Assembly: GCA_964187785.1 (NCBI GenBank)
Contig: OZ076421.1
Coordinates: 54,436,001 to 54,500,000 of the forward strand
Source of the DNA: Amphiscolops sp. MND2022
Lineage: Eukaryota
Direction: 5' to 3'
Length of the DNA stretch: 64,000 nucleotides
In this document: one piece after another, positions 1 to 11,700 of the stretch
Layout: each line of letters begins with the position of its first letter
Position numbering within the stretch: position 1 is the first letter of the stretch
The notes under the pieces: generated by a model
Seen by the model: the letters and a program-made list of their open reading frames with translations, nothing else
What the model was told of the DNA's origin: nothing
Database searches by the model: none
Translations under genes and position numbers: made by a program

Positions 1-46
1 GTCAGTTTTGCGAAAGATGTAGTGGATTAGAATGTTGGAAATGTTC

Positions 47-1010
47 AACAAGGCAAGAATTCGTTGTCCAGTAGTCGTTTATGAAGAGATTTATATGCGG
101 TTGTTTTGGAAAGAAAAAGACCCAAAAATGACAAAAAACCAATAACTTCCCGAATTTTAACGTTGTTACGTAATTTTCATCAAATTTTCAATAGACTTCA
201 TGTTTTAGAATGTTGAAAACGCTCAACATGGCACTAACACCGAAAATGACAAAATTCAGAAAATTTTCCATTTTTCAAAGTTCTTTCGCATTTTTCGTCA
301 AATTTTTTGACATACTTCGTGGATTGGGATGTTTTAAAGGGTCAACAAGGAAAGGGTTGGTTGTCCAGTAGTATTTTCCAAAGAGTTTATTGCATCTTTC
401 TAAATGAAAACGTCTCAAATTGACACTGAAAATTACAAAACCACAACTTTACAATTTTCAAAGATTTCATACACTTCTTCCCAAATTTTCGACAGACTTC
501 GTCAATTGGAACATTGAAAAAAATCAACAAGGAAAGAATCTGTTGTCCAGTATGCTTAAAAAGTGATAAATAAAGTTTGTCAAACGAACACTGTCCAGAA
601 TTGACATCGTAAAAGACCATTCTCACTATTTTTGGTCAATTTTCGTCAAATTATCGATAAAATTCGTGAACTAGACGTGTTTCGTTGAGCTTTAGTCACG
701 AGATACGTTTAATTTGTAAAAAAATGCCTGAAATTGACCCTGAATTGTCGTTTTTGTCGTTTTCGATTCATTATCTGTACAGGTTTCCAGAGATTTCGTT
801 TCAAGTTCCAACACGATCAACTCAACAACGGTAGAACGAGTTCTGCTTCACAATTTGTGAAGAAAACGTAGCAGCGTTTTGCTTGAAAAACACATCAGAA
901 TGACTCCAAAGGAGTCGAAAAGCTTGTGCAACTTGTGCAACTTTTTGAATCGTTTTGGAGTCAGAATGTTGGCAAATGTTCAACAAAGACTGAAAACATA
1001 ATCCAGTACG
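47..1010. repeat. Degenerate dispersed/tandem AT-rich repeat
   Basis: Motif caacaaggNaagaat(c/t)NNttgtccagta recurs at about 47, 343 and 525, and more divergently at about 981. Confidence 0.5.
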
Positions 1011-2504
1011 CTTTGAAAGAAATATTGCAAACTTCGGTTGGAAAATGGCTCAAAATTGACCGCAAAAAGTCAAAAAGGGCAAAATGTTTGTCAATTTCTG
1101 ACATTTCTAGTGAATTTTTATTCGAGATTAAAACATTTCGGTAAAATAAAAGCTTCGAAAAACTCCAGATAAAGAAACTAGGTCCGAAGCACGTTTCTCA
1201 AAAAATTGCCTAATTTGTTGTCGAAAGTTTTCTCAGAATGACCGATCTATTAGAATCCTGGTACCTCCAGTAGGCGATTTTGAAGAAACAACTGCCTTTT
1301 AATATTGATATTGGAATTGGCTTCAAAAATATCCAAAAATCCATGAAACAACGAAAAGCACGATGTTTGACAAGCTAGTTCTATTTTTTGTTCACACCAC
1401 GAAAGTTTTTGAAAACGAGAATTTCCTCACCTGAGCGTTGAAACAATGTGTTGTGCAATTGAAGGAAAAAAGGATGAATTTCATCAATTTTACAGCAAAG
1501 GTGTCGAAGTTTGCGAACTTTTTTTTTATTCGACAACATAGTCCCAGGTTTAGACCCTTTCCGAAAATTTACTTCAATCAGAAATAACATAGGCCAAATT
1601 ATGTGGGCTCAAAAACATAGACTCAAACTTGTGGCTACCTGTAGTGTTTCGGAAAGATATCAGACAAATGTATTTGCACAACTTCGAAAACGTCACTTTA
1701 AAACATAAATTTCGACCTCATTTGTCCAATAATAATTAATTAAAAACCTCCATACAAAATCACTAAATATGGAGTACCCTTCCCAAAGGAAAGGATTTTT
1801 AGTTACTTCGTGGGTTAGAATAGCGTGAACATTCAACAACAACTAAACTCGGTGTCGAACAGGCTCAATTTTGAAGAGACATCTGTGGATTCATGTTAGG
1901 AAAGTTCCTCAAATTACCCTCAAAAATGTCAAATATATTTCCAATTTTTGAAACTAAGTGCAATAACAAAACTGTGATCGCTCAATTTTCTTGAATTTGC
2001 AAAGGACCTAGATTCAAGCTCTTACCATTTTCTCAGTGCCAAAATTTACACCAAGAAATATGACTGAGACTCTAAAACCACTTTTTCTCCTTCAAGGACT
2101 ACAAAAAATTTCAATTTTTTAAAATGTTTTCGGTAAAATCCTCTTATGGCGAAACATGCTTCAGCTCGCAAACTTGTTTTTCTCAAGCCGAAATCAGCTA
2201 TTAAAGCTAAGAGATACTCTTTGACAAAATGAAAGTTTCGGGAAGACACACGAGCCGGATCAACTGAAATGAGGTATTTTCCACAATCAATAAGAAACCT
2301 CGTCAGTTCCATATGATCAAAAGTAACAAAGAAATCACCCCCAAGATTCGGGAAATTTGTTCCCTCTACACAAAACCTCAAAAACTAAAAATTGCAAAAA
2401 AAATGTTTTTCGACAAATTCAGCATTCATCATAGCAATTATCAAAAACTTTCGAATTGTCAAAAAGTAGCCAATACCAACGCCGTGGCTATAGAATAAAG
2501 TAAC

Positions 2505-4235
2505 GACGTTATCTTACAGCAACTCAAACTCAAAATACAAAAAGAAGAGCATTCAGAAACAATCTTGACCCAAGATACCAGATACCGACGCTACCTACGT
2601 CACTTGGAACGGATGTCCATCCAAGATGAAATCATCACCTGACAGTACTATGATGAAGCAGGAAACGTCAAGTACAATCAAGTGCTTTTACCTATACACC
2701 TGCTGACCGAATTACTCGAATCACTCAACGGAAAGGCAAATCGTCATCCAGGCATTACCAAGATGTTACAGGAAATCCTATGAAAAATTACTACCCTGGA
2801 ATAGCAAAACGTGTCCGCAAATGGGCAAGTGGATGCGAAACTTGCATAAAAGATAAGAGAATCAGCAATGCGCTAATAACTCCCGAGTTTTTAATTTACC
2901 AGAGTGGAACTTAGGTCCAGAAGACGAAAAGCAAATAGACCTTTTACCAAACCTCCCGCCAAGCGGAGCATACGAAACTATTGTTACAGCCATGGAAGTT
3001 TTTTCACGACATCTTTTTGCCTACCCATTTACTGATGCATCAGCAGCAAATACCGCCAAGGTTCTTCCTTTTATTATTTTGACCTATTATTATTATTATT
3101 TTGACATATTGACCAAACATTTTTTTTGGTAACGACTTTGATAACCGAAAGCATCCGCACTTACTTCAAAGTTGGTTGCTGAAATTACACAACTTTTAGG
3201 AATTCAGATCAAATGTGCAATGACCCCCAGACCATAGGGAAGCTAGAAAAGACTCATGCAAGACTCAAAACGAACCTTAAAATGGCCTCAGGGGAATACA
3301 GACGTCAGTGGCACAAATACCTAACTTTAGCATGGATATTCTAATATTTAGCATGACATGGATTTTTCATGGCCGAATACCATATAATATTTTAGATCAC
3401 AAATTGGGACTCAATCCCAACCCTACAGTACTACCAAGAACTGATTTTGCTGAAGAATTCCAACGAAAAACGCAAGTTTTATTCGACGTTACAAAGAAAA
3501 TCATCTTGCAATCTTATTTGAAAAAAAAGGAATACCTTGATCGCAAGGCCACAGCGTCTGTTTTAAACAACACGACTATTGCTTTAATTTACAACCTATG
3601 GCAGACCGACCATCAAGAATGAAAACTTCCTTTTAGAGAGTTTCGCTGGATTGGTCCTTATGTCGTTGAAAAGTTTTGCCCAACGAAAATTACATAGTTA
3701 GAAAACTCATTTCTAACAAAACGCAGATCTTGCATCGGAGACGACGACTACGAAAAAACCACCGAACGTCCCACTACTGGACGAGCGACCTGAAACCAAC
3801 TTGCCGCCAGATGATGAAATTATCATTCCTCATGATGACTTATACGTTATCACGTGAGAAACCAATTAGGTGATTTTAAAGAATTCAAAACGAACCATCG
3901 AAGTTGCCTATGCCAGCTAATACTGACATTATTAGTGACTAAGAGGACCATTCAGAACCCCCCTGATCCAATTTTGACCGATGTGGACCTACGGTCTACC
4001 GGGTCTACCGAACGAACTGAGACCGAGCAAATTCTTCCTGACCAAATGATGCGAGGAGGAAGTGACGAACTAAATCCTGCTGACAAAACATCCTCAGGGG
4101 GAGCGATACTATCGTGCCCGAAGTATTAGAGAGTGAAAACGATGAAATGTTTGAAGAAAATGAAATCCCTAGGGGACAAAAAAACAACATACGACCTAAC
4201 CCAACCCTCAACTTCACTGATGAATGCAGATACTA
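2505..4235 (+). mobile_element. pol: Decayed Ty3/Gypsy integrase region (pol 3' end)
   Basis: Manual translation gives the HHCC zinc-binding remnant (RHPGITKMLQEI...YYPGIAKRVRKWASGCETCIK), the core QIDLLPNLPPSGAYETIVTAMEVFSRHLFAYP, and a C-terminal WIGPYVVEKVLPNENYIVRK. Many stops and frameshifts. Confidence 0.9.
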
Positions 4236-4399
4236 GTCAGACATATTTATTACCAGTCCCGTCATACAATTAGACTGGGACTAATCTGAACTTTGACGAG
4301 TACTATAATAATAAACAGCAAAGAAACTCTCAAGACAAAATAAACAGATTAATACAAAACTCTAAAAGTTTACATATGTACACTATGTACAATTAGTCT

Positions 4400-7300
4400 T
4401 TACTGCTGCATTGACACAGACTCCTGAGTAACTTCAGCGTCTGACAACAATCGAGTGGTGCGTGCGGTCTTCTTGGAATAACGAAGGTTACTGGGGGGCT
4501 GTTGGACCTGGGTAATTTTTGTGGACTTCTCCTTGCCGATCTTGCATTGAAATCTATTTCCGGGATCAAGCTTCGATAAAATATCAGCACGTCCGAATTG
4601 ATCCAAACCCAACCATGGGTCATAAGTATCACTCAATGCACTTCGGCCAGAAGTAGAATCAAGCTCAAGGAAATCCGAAATAGCAGAATCAGAGGTGACA
4701 GCTTCTTTTGAGCCTACTACGGTCCTGATGTAGTAGTACTGTACCGGCAGTACCATGTCAGTTAGTTGGCTAGTGGTGTCGGCCGGGTTGACTGAGCCTA
4801 ATTTAACAGATGGTAAAAAACGTAATGGTTCACATAGGCAGAGGCAAGCAAGTTTAAAACACTGTAACAATAATGGCCGAGTTTGAGTTGTCGTTTGTCC
4901 CTAAATAAAATCGACAGTGTCAGGGATAAGCAAGGTGGGCTGGTCAAACTCGGAGAACTTGACCTTAAGTTCATCAACGAACGATAAATACTCCTCCTGT
5001 GCCAGTGACTCCTCAGTTGCAGAGAAATGACCCCGGAGCCTGAAAGACATGAATACTTTATTGAAGCACTTGGTAGATAGCGTAAGGGGAGACTTCAGGA
5101 GGATTTCATGATCAAAGCTTCCTAGCACTTGTGCAATGATGGTAGTAAGATCAAAGTGACTTCGGGTCTTCTTGAACAAGTGCGTCACGTAACTCCTAGC
5201 TAGCCTGCCGTACTCACACTGCGCTTTGTTTGTAAGTTTTTCAAGTGTCTATTTCTCTCCTTTCTTTCCGTGCACCTCCACTTTGGCCTTGAGTTTACAT
5301 TCCTGGTCCAATTTTCCCCAATTTTTATTCGGTTCAGGAACACCGTTCAGGAACAGAGCAGTGACTACATTGATGTCCAGGTCCAAAATACCAGCTATGT
5401 CATCTTCTGCAGGGAGGGCGCTGGGCATCACCACTCTTTTGGCCAGCTTGCGTAAATATAGGCACAATTGCCTGAAAGAGTGAAAACATTTGTCGCGCCG
5501 TCCACTGAGACTGAGGGAGAAACTGGCGGTGTCTAAACGAAAGAACTGACGATTTACAGAATATATTACCTGAAACTAAGGATCATAGCAACACATGAAT
5601 ACCTCATAGTCATAAGGACCTTATATATACCAAACAAGTATATACAAAAAAGGAGGGTCTACATTAATAAAATCATCTAAGACCTCTAGTATTAGTGCTA
5701 CGGTATACTAGCTAGCTAATGAGGCATCAAGCCACTTACAGTTACGAACTAGTTTGTGAAAGAACTTCAGATGACAGGTGAAGAAGCCATCATGTATTAT
5801 GGGTCACTCAAGGCTCTGAGGCTAAAAAATACGGCTGTTAGCTCAAAAGTGTGAAATTGACCATGAGGCCAACGGAAAGTGGGCGCCCTAACTGATTTCT
5901 TACTCCTTGCATTTGTTGTTGGACCGCGTCGGCAATTAGGTAAGCTGTGACCGCGTTCCAATGGGCAATTAATTCCCGACAGAGCGTTGGCAAAAAGGCG
6001 ACGTCAAGTTTGCTTGACTATATTGCTTAAATTGAAAATACCAAAATGAATTCCTACTCCGAAAATGTTATGGCAAGAGGTATACAACGATACTAACTTT
6101 TACCAATTCATGTGTAAGCAAGGTCCATTCGAACTTTAAGCTCCCTCCCAAACTAATCACAAAGTAATGCAGCACATAGAAAAAGTCTATTCGACCAAAA
6201 ACACTGTAACTGTCCTTATGCATCAGCCTTTTTGTAGCAATTTCATCAAAGTATGTCGGCCGTTGGACGCCGTGTCTTGTGAGAGGGGAGTCGTCAACAA
6301 ATTGGACGAAATTCTGAGTCGCCCCACACACTAAATTCGATTAAGAACAAATGGCGGCTAGCAACGTGGACAAAAATCGCAATTCAGCTGTACGTCCGGT
6401 CCTTAGCAAACAGACTCGAAACAGTCTGCCCCTTTTCCAGAAGCGCACGTGCATGAGTAAGAATACCCCTTGAGTTCAAACTCAATTGTGAACTGACCAT
6501 CGCATCGGTTAGATTGTCGTTACCCAGATTTGGAATCATCTGTTGAAACAGATGATGGAACAACACCTGAAAAACAAACCACTCGTTAGATGAATTATAA
6601 AACATATATTAACTTCACGCAAGTCTACAACCTATAAGTCAACCGATGACTATTGTTCTAAGCCCCTTTCCCAGGACTATTGGTTGTTTTTTTAATTTTC
6701 CTAACACCTTGAGTACTAATATGGACCTTATGTCGAAGAGTTAAATGGAGCCTACATACTGATAGTCTGGCCGTGCTCCAGTCAATGTCGGCAAAGAGAA
6801 ATTGATGATTCACAACAGTACCATTATGTTGCCAAAGCGCTCGAATGACCATAATGTCGCCGGATAGTGGAAGGTAGTTCCCCAAGATCGAGATTTGCAA
6901 CCGGGCTCTGTTGTGCGGAGATGAGACCATGTAGTCCGATCCAGACGTTGCTTCTTCATAAGAGGGGAGTTTTTCCCCGATGTCCACCAACTTAGCATTG
7001 ATGAAGAGTGACAGTTCGAGTTGGAGTCGGTAATGGGAGAGAATTTTCCCGTCGCTTCCTCTCACTTGATAACGTGGTCTCTTCGTTGTCGGGTCTTCAA
7101 TCGTGAGATGTGCATATCTCAAACGTTGATCTTTCCGCAAATGCCTTTCTGTAGATTACTGTCTCAAGATCTCTTTTGGCCATTTAGCCATGACCGACAC
7201 GTTACATTTGCAGATTTGGCAGTAAATCTTGTTGGGGTTCCATTTCGGATCTAGCGGACCAGAAACGATAACGCGAGTTCAAGGCGTCGAGTCAAAATAT

Positions 7301-8702
7301 TCAACCCTCATGATTCTGCCAATTCTCCTTCTCGGCCTTGACGGTCTTTTAGCCTTTGTTGGAATCTGGGACTGTCGCCTGCTCTTCCCTTTCTCTCTGA
7401 CAGCCTCCTGTCTAAGTGCACCTAGTGTTTCCGCACCCGGGTTAGAACATTCAAGGGACATTGGTGAGAACCCTTGGTCCAGGTGCCCTTCTCTGTCTCC
7501 AATGGGAGGAACGGGAAGAGAAACCGAAGATTGGAAGTCACGACGAGATTCTGGGTCACTAGTGAATCCAAGGCTGCTGTCCTCTCGCCTGGTGTTGTAG
7601 GTCATGACAGAATCACCGCCAATATTGGTGTCAATCAGTGGGTCCATAGCGTTTCATGTTCGGGATAGGGAAGTGGTCCCAACAGGGCTACGCAAATTTA
7701 GTCAACTAGCTCGCACGCCCACGCTGTTCAGCATCTCGAAAGAAGGTTGGGCACTCTCAACGGCAACAATTCGTAAGATACTGCTGATTTGGTCTTGATT
7801 AAATGCAACGGTAGCGCGTCCGGGAGACAGGTATATACGGTTCGTCTCCTCGAAACACTGCTTGATGATCAGCCTACTGGAGCTAGTGAGGGGAGCGCAA
7901 CCAGTAACCTCAGGAGGAAGTGGAACGCTTGACTCATTACTAGATTCTGGTGGGCTCGTAGGATCACGTAAATAACTTCTAAATAAATAAGTTCTAAAAT
8001 TATATTAGTAAATAACTTCTAAATAAATAAGTTCTAAAATTATATTAGTAAATAACGTTTAAAATGCATTTGCGTCTGGTAACTTCTAAAATCATTCTAG
8101 TAAAGATTGCTATTCATTATTCCGAAAATAATTTAACCGTTCCATTATTCCGAAAATAAACTTACCGTTCTATTATTCCGAAAACTGTTATTTGAAAAGA
8201 TTAGCATATTTGTTGTATGGCTCGGTCGCTTCGCTCCCTTCGCCAAGTAGCAACATTTAGGCATGGCCATATGGCACGTCGCTCCGCTTCGCTTCGCTCC
8301 TGCATTTAGGGAACTAGGGGTATGTGAACATAGCTAACGACGTTATGGAAATAATTACGTCAAAATAGCTGTTTGGAAGTTATTTACTAGATGCCATTGA
8401 AATTTAGAAGTTATTTACTAAAATAATTTTAGAACTTATTTATTTAGAAGTTGTTTACTATATTAATTAGAAGTTATTTTTTTAGAAGTTATTTACTTCC
8501 CCCGGCTCGTAATGTCAGTTGGCTTTCTATGATAGAGAGCATGAGCAAGGGTTGAGCGCGCTAGGGATCCTGTATCCATCTCCATGCCAAAGCAACAGTC
8601 GTCCTCAGTATGGGACCGATATTCCATCAGTCCTCCGTCGACTCCTTGCTCAGACCAGCCAGTTGCTTCGGGCCTTCCTTCCCCTGTCTGGTCCATCTGC
8701 AC
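4400..8702 (-). pseudogene. Decayed zinc-finger / hAT-like DDE transposase-related gene
   Basis: Minus-strand ORF pieces form one collinear gene. After removing the MITE, 8702-6658 is one frame with 4 stops and includes YCQICKCNVSVMAKWPKEILRQ*STERH (7141-7224). Further pieces (6605-5700, 5560-4400) resemble, from memory, hAT-like transposase segments (LFQQMIP, FVQFVDDS, KRVVMPSAL...ILDLDI, EEYLSFVDELKVKFSEFD, CFKLACLCL). The gene status is well supported; the family assignment is tentative. Confidence 0.5.
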
Positions 8703-11700
8703 TACAGGACCAAGTATTACATCTCATTTAGCCCAGGCGTAATTGCAACGGGGTCACTTTCGCTGGCTTTTTTCTCACCGGGGATTAAGTCATTGGGGCT
8801 CGTAGCAACGGATGCTAAGTTTTTGTGATTCAATCTTTCGGATAAAGTAAGCCTCACAACTCTCAGAATCAGTGTTCCACAATAGTTCGGCAATGGATTT
8901 TTTGTCTAATGGCACTTCGGTGACTTCAGGCTCCGGTATTTGCTCTACGGATTGCTGGTCACTCTCCATTACTTCAGCGTTGTCGTGAATTGGTTGGCCA
9001 CTCATTTCTTTGCTTAATCGGAAAAAATAATTTTGTGCCATCCACTTCCGCTGAAGAAGTCCAGCTTATCGCGTTCGAAAGCCTTTCGAAAGCGAGTTCA
9101 TTTGTTGTTCAAACTTATGGTTGAATATTTCACGATGGAAGAGGTGAACACTTAGTCGATGGGAAGCCTTGATCAAGCTCAAAATTGTCAAAATCTTTTA
9201 GAAGAACTAACCTGATGTTTGTCTAATTTGGCAAGCAGAATTTGAAAGTCAACTGATGGGCACGTGATGTCAGTTGGCTTTGTATGACAATAGAGAGCAT
9301 GAGCAAGGGTTGAGCGCGCTATGGATCCTGTATCCGTCTCTATGCCAACGCAAGAGTTGTCCTCAGTATGAGACCTATGTTCCATCAGTCCTCCGTCGAC
9401 TCCTTGCTCAGACAAGCCAGTTGCTTCAGGCCTTCCTTCCCCTGCCTGGTCTATCTGCACTACAGGACCAAGTATTGCATCTCATTTAGCCCAGGCGTAT
9501 TGCAACGGGGTCACTTTCGCTGGCTTTTTCCTCACCGGGGTTTAAGTCATTGGTTCTCGTAGTAACGGATGCTAAGGCTTTTGGGATTCAATTTTTTGGG
9601 TAAAGTAAGCCTCACATCCTTCAGAACCAGTGTTAGACGATATTTCGGCAGTGGACCTTTTGTCTACTGGCAATTCGGTGAATTCAGGCTCCGGTATTTG
9701 CTCTACGGATTGCTGGTCGCTCTGCATTACTTCAGTGATGTCTTGAATTGGTTGGCCACTCACTTCGTTGCTTAAACGGAAAGAAACAATTTTGTGCGAT
9801 CAACTTCCGCTGAAGAAGTCCATCTTTTCGCGTTCAAAAGCCTTTGGAAAGCGAGTTTATTTGTTATTCAAACTTCTGATTGAATATTTCACGATAGAAA
9901 AAGTGAACACTTAATCGATGGGAAGCCTTGATCAAGCACAGACTTGTCAAAATAGTTTAGAAGAACCAACCTGAAGTTTGTCCAAATTGGCAAGCAGAAT
10001 TTGAAAGTCAACTGGTGGGCACGTGATGTCAGTTGGCTTTGTATGGCAATAGAGAGTCTGGCAAGGGTTGAGCGCGCTAGGGATCCTGTATCCGTCTCCA
10101 TGCCAACGCAAAAGTCGTCCTCAGTATGGGACCGATATTCCATCAGTCCGCCGTCGACTCCTTGCTCAGACAAGCCAGTTGCTTCAGGCCTTCCTTCCCC
10201 TGTCTGGTCCATCTGCACTACAGGACCAAGTATTACATCTCATTCAGCCCAGGCGTAATTGCAACGGCGTCACTTTGGCTGGCTTTTTCCTAACTAGGGA
10301 TTTAGTCATTGGGGCTCGTAGTAACGGATGCTAAGGTTTTTGGGATTCAATCTTTTGGGTAAAGTAAGCCTCAAAACTATCAGAATCAGTGTTCGACGAT
10401 AGTTCGGCAATGGACCTTCTGTCTACTGGCACTTCGGGGACTTCAGGCTCCGGTGTTTGGTCTACGGATTGCTGGTCAGTCTCCATTACTTCAGCGATGT
10501 CGTGAATTGGTTGTCCACTCATTTCTTTGCCTAAACGGAAAAAAAAAACAATTTTGTGCGATCCACTTCCGCTGAAAAAGTCCATCTTATAGCATTCAAA
10601 AGCCTTTCGAATGCAAATTTATTTGTTGTTCAAACTTATGGTTTAATATTTCACGACGGAAGAAGTGAACACTTAGTCGATGGGAAGCATTGATCAAGCT
10701 CAAAATTGTCAAAATTTTTTAGAAGAACCAACCTTATGTTTGTCTAAATTGTCAAGCAGAAATTGAAAGTCAAATGGTGGGCACGTGATGTCAGTTGGCT
10801 TTGTATGGCAATAGAGAGCATGAGCAAGGGTTGAGCGCGCTAGGGATCCCGTATCCGTCTCTATGCCAACGCAAGAGTTGTCCTCAGTATGAGACAGATA
10901 TTCCATCAGTCCTCCGTCGACTCCTTGCTCAGAAAAGCTAGTTGCTTCAGGCCTTCCTTCCCCTCTCTGGTCCATCTGCACTACAGGACCAAGTATTACA
11001 TCTCATTTAGCCCAGGCGTAATTGCAACGGCGTCACTTTGGCTGGCTCTTTCCTCACCTGGGATTAAGTCATTTGGGCTCGTAGTAACGGATGCTAAAGT
11101 TTTTGGGATCCAATCTTTCGGGTGAAGTAAGCCTCACAACTCTCAGAATCAGTGTTAGACGATAGTTCGGCAATGGACCTTCTGTCAACTGGCACTTCGG
11201 CGACTTCAGGCTGCGGTATTTGGTCTACGAATTGCTGGTCACTCTCCATTACTTCAGCGATGTCGTGAATTGGTTGGCCGCTCATTTCTTTGCCGAAACG
11301 GAAAAAAAAAATTGTGCGATCCACTTCCGCTGAAGAAGTCCATCTTATCGCGTTCGAAAGCCTTTCGAAAGCGAGTTTATTTGTTGTTCAAACTTATGGT
11401 TGAATATTTCACGATAGAAAAAGTGAACGCTTAGTCGATGGGAAGCCTTGATCAAGCTCAAAATTGTCAAATCAATTTAGAAGGACCAACCTGATGTTTG
11501 TCTAAATTGGCAAGCAGAAATTGAAAGTCAACTGGTGGGCACGTGATTTCAGTTGTCTTTTTATGGCAATAGAGAGCATGGGCAAGGGTTGAGCGCGCTA
11601 GGGAACCTGTATCCGTCTCCATGCCAAAGCAAGGGTCGTCCTCAGTATAGGACCGATATTCCATCAGTCCTCTGTCGACTTTTTGCTCAGACAAGCCAGT

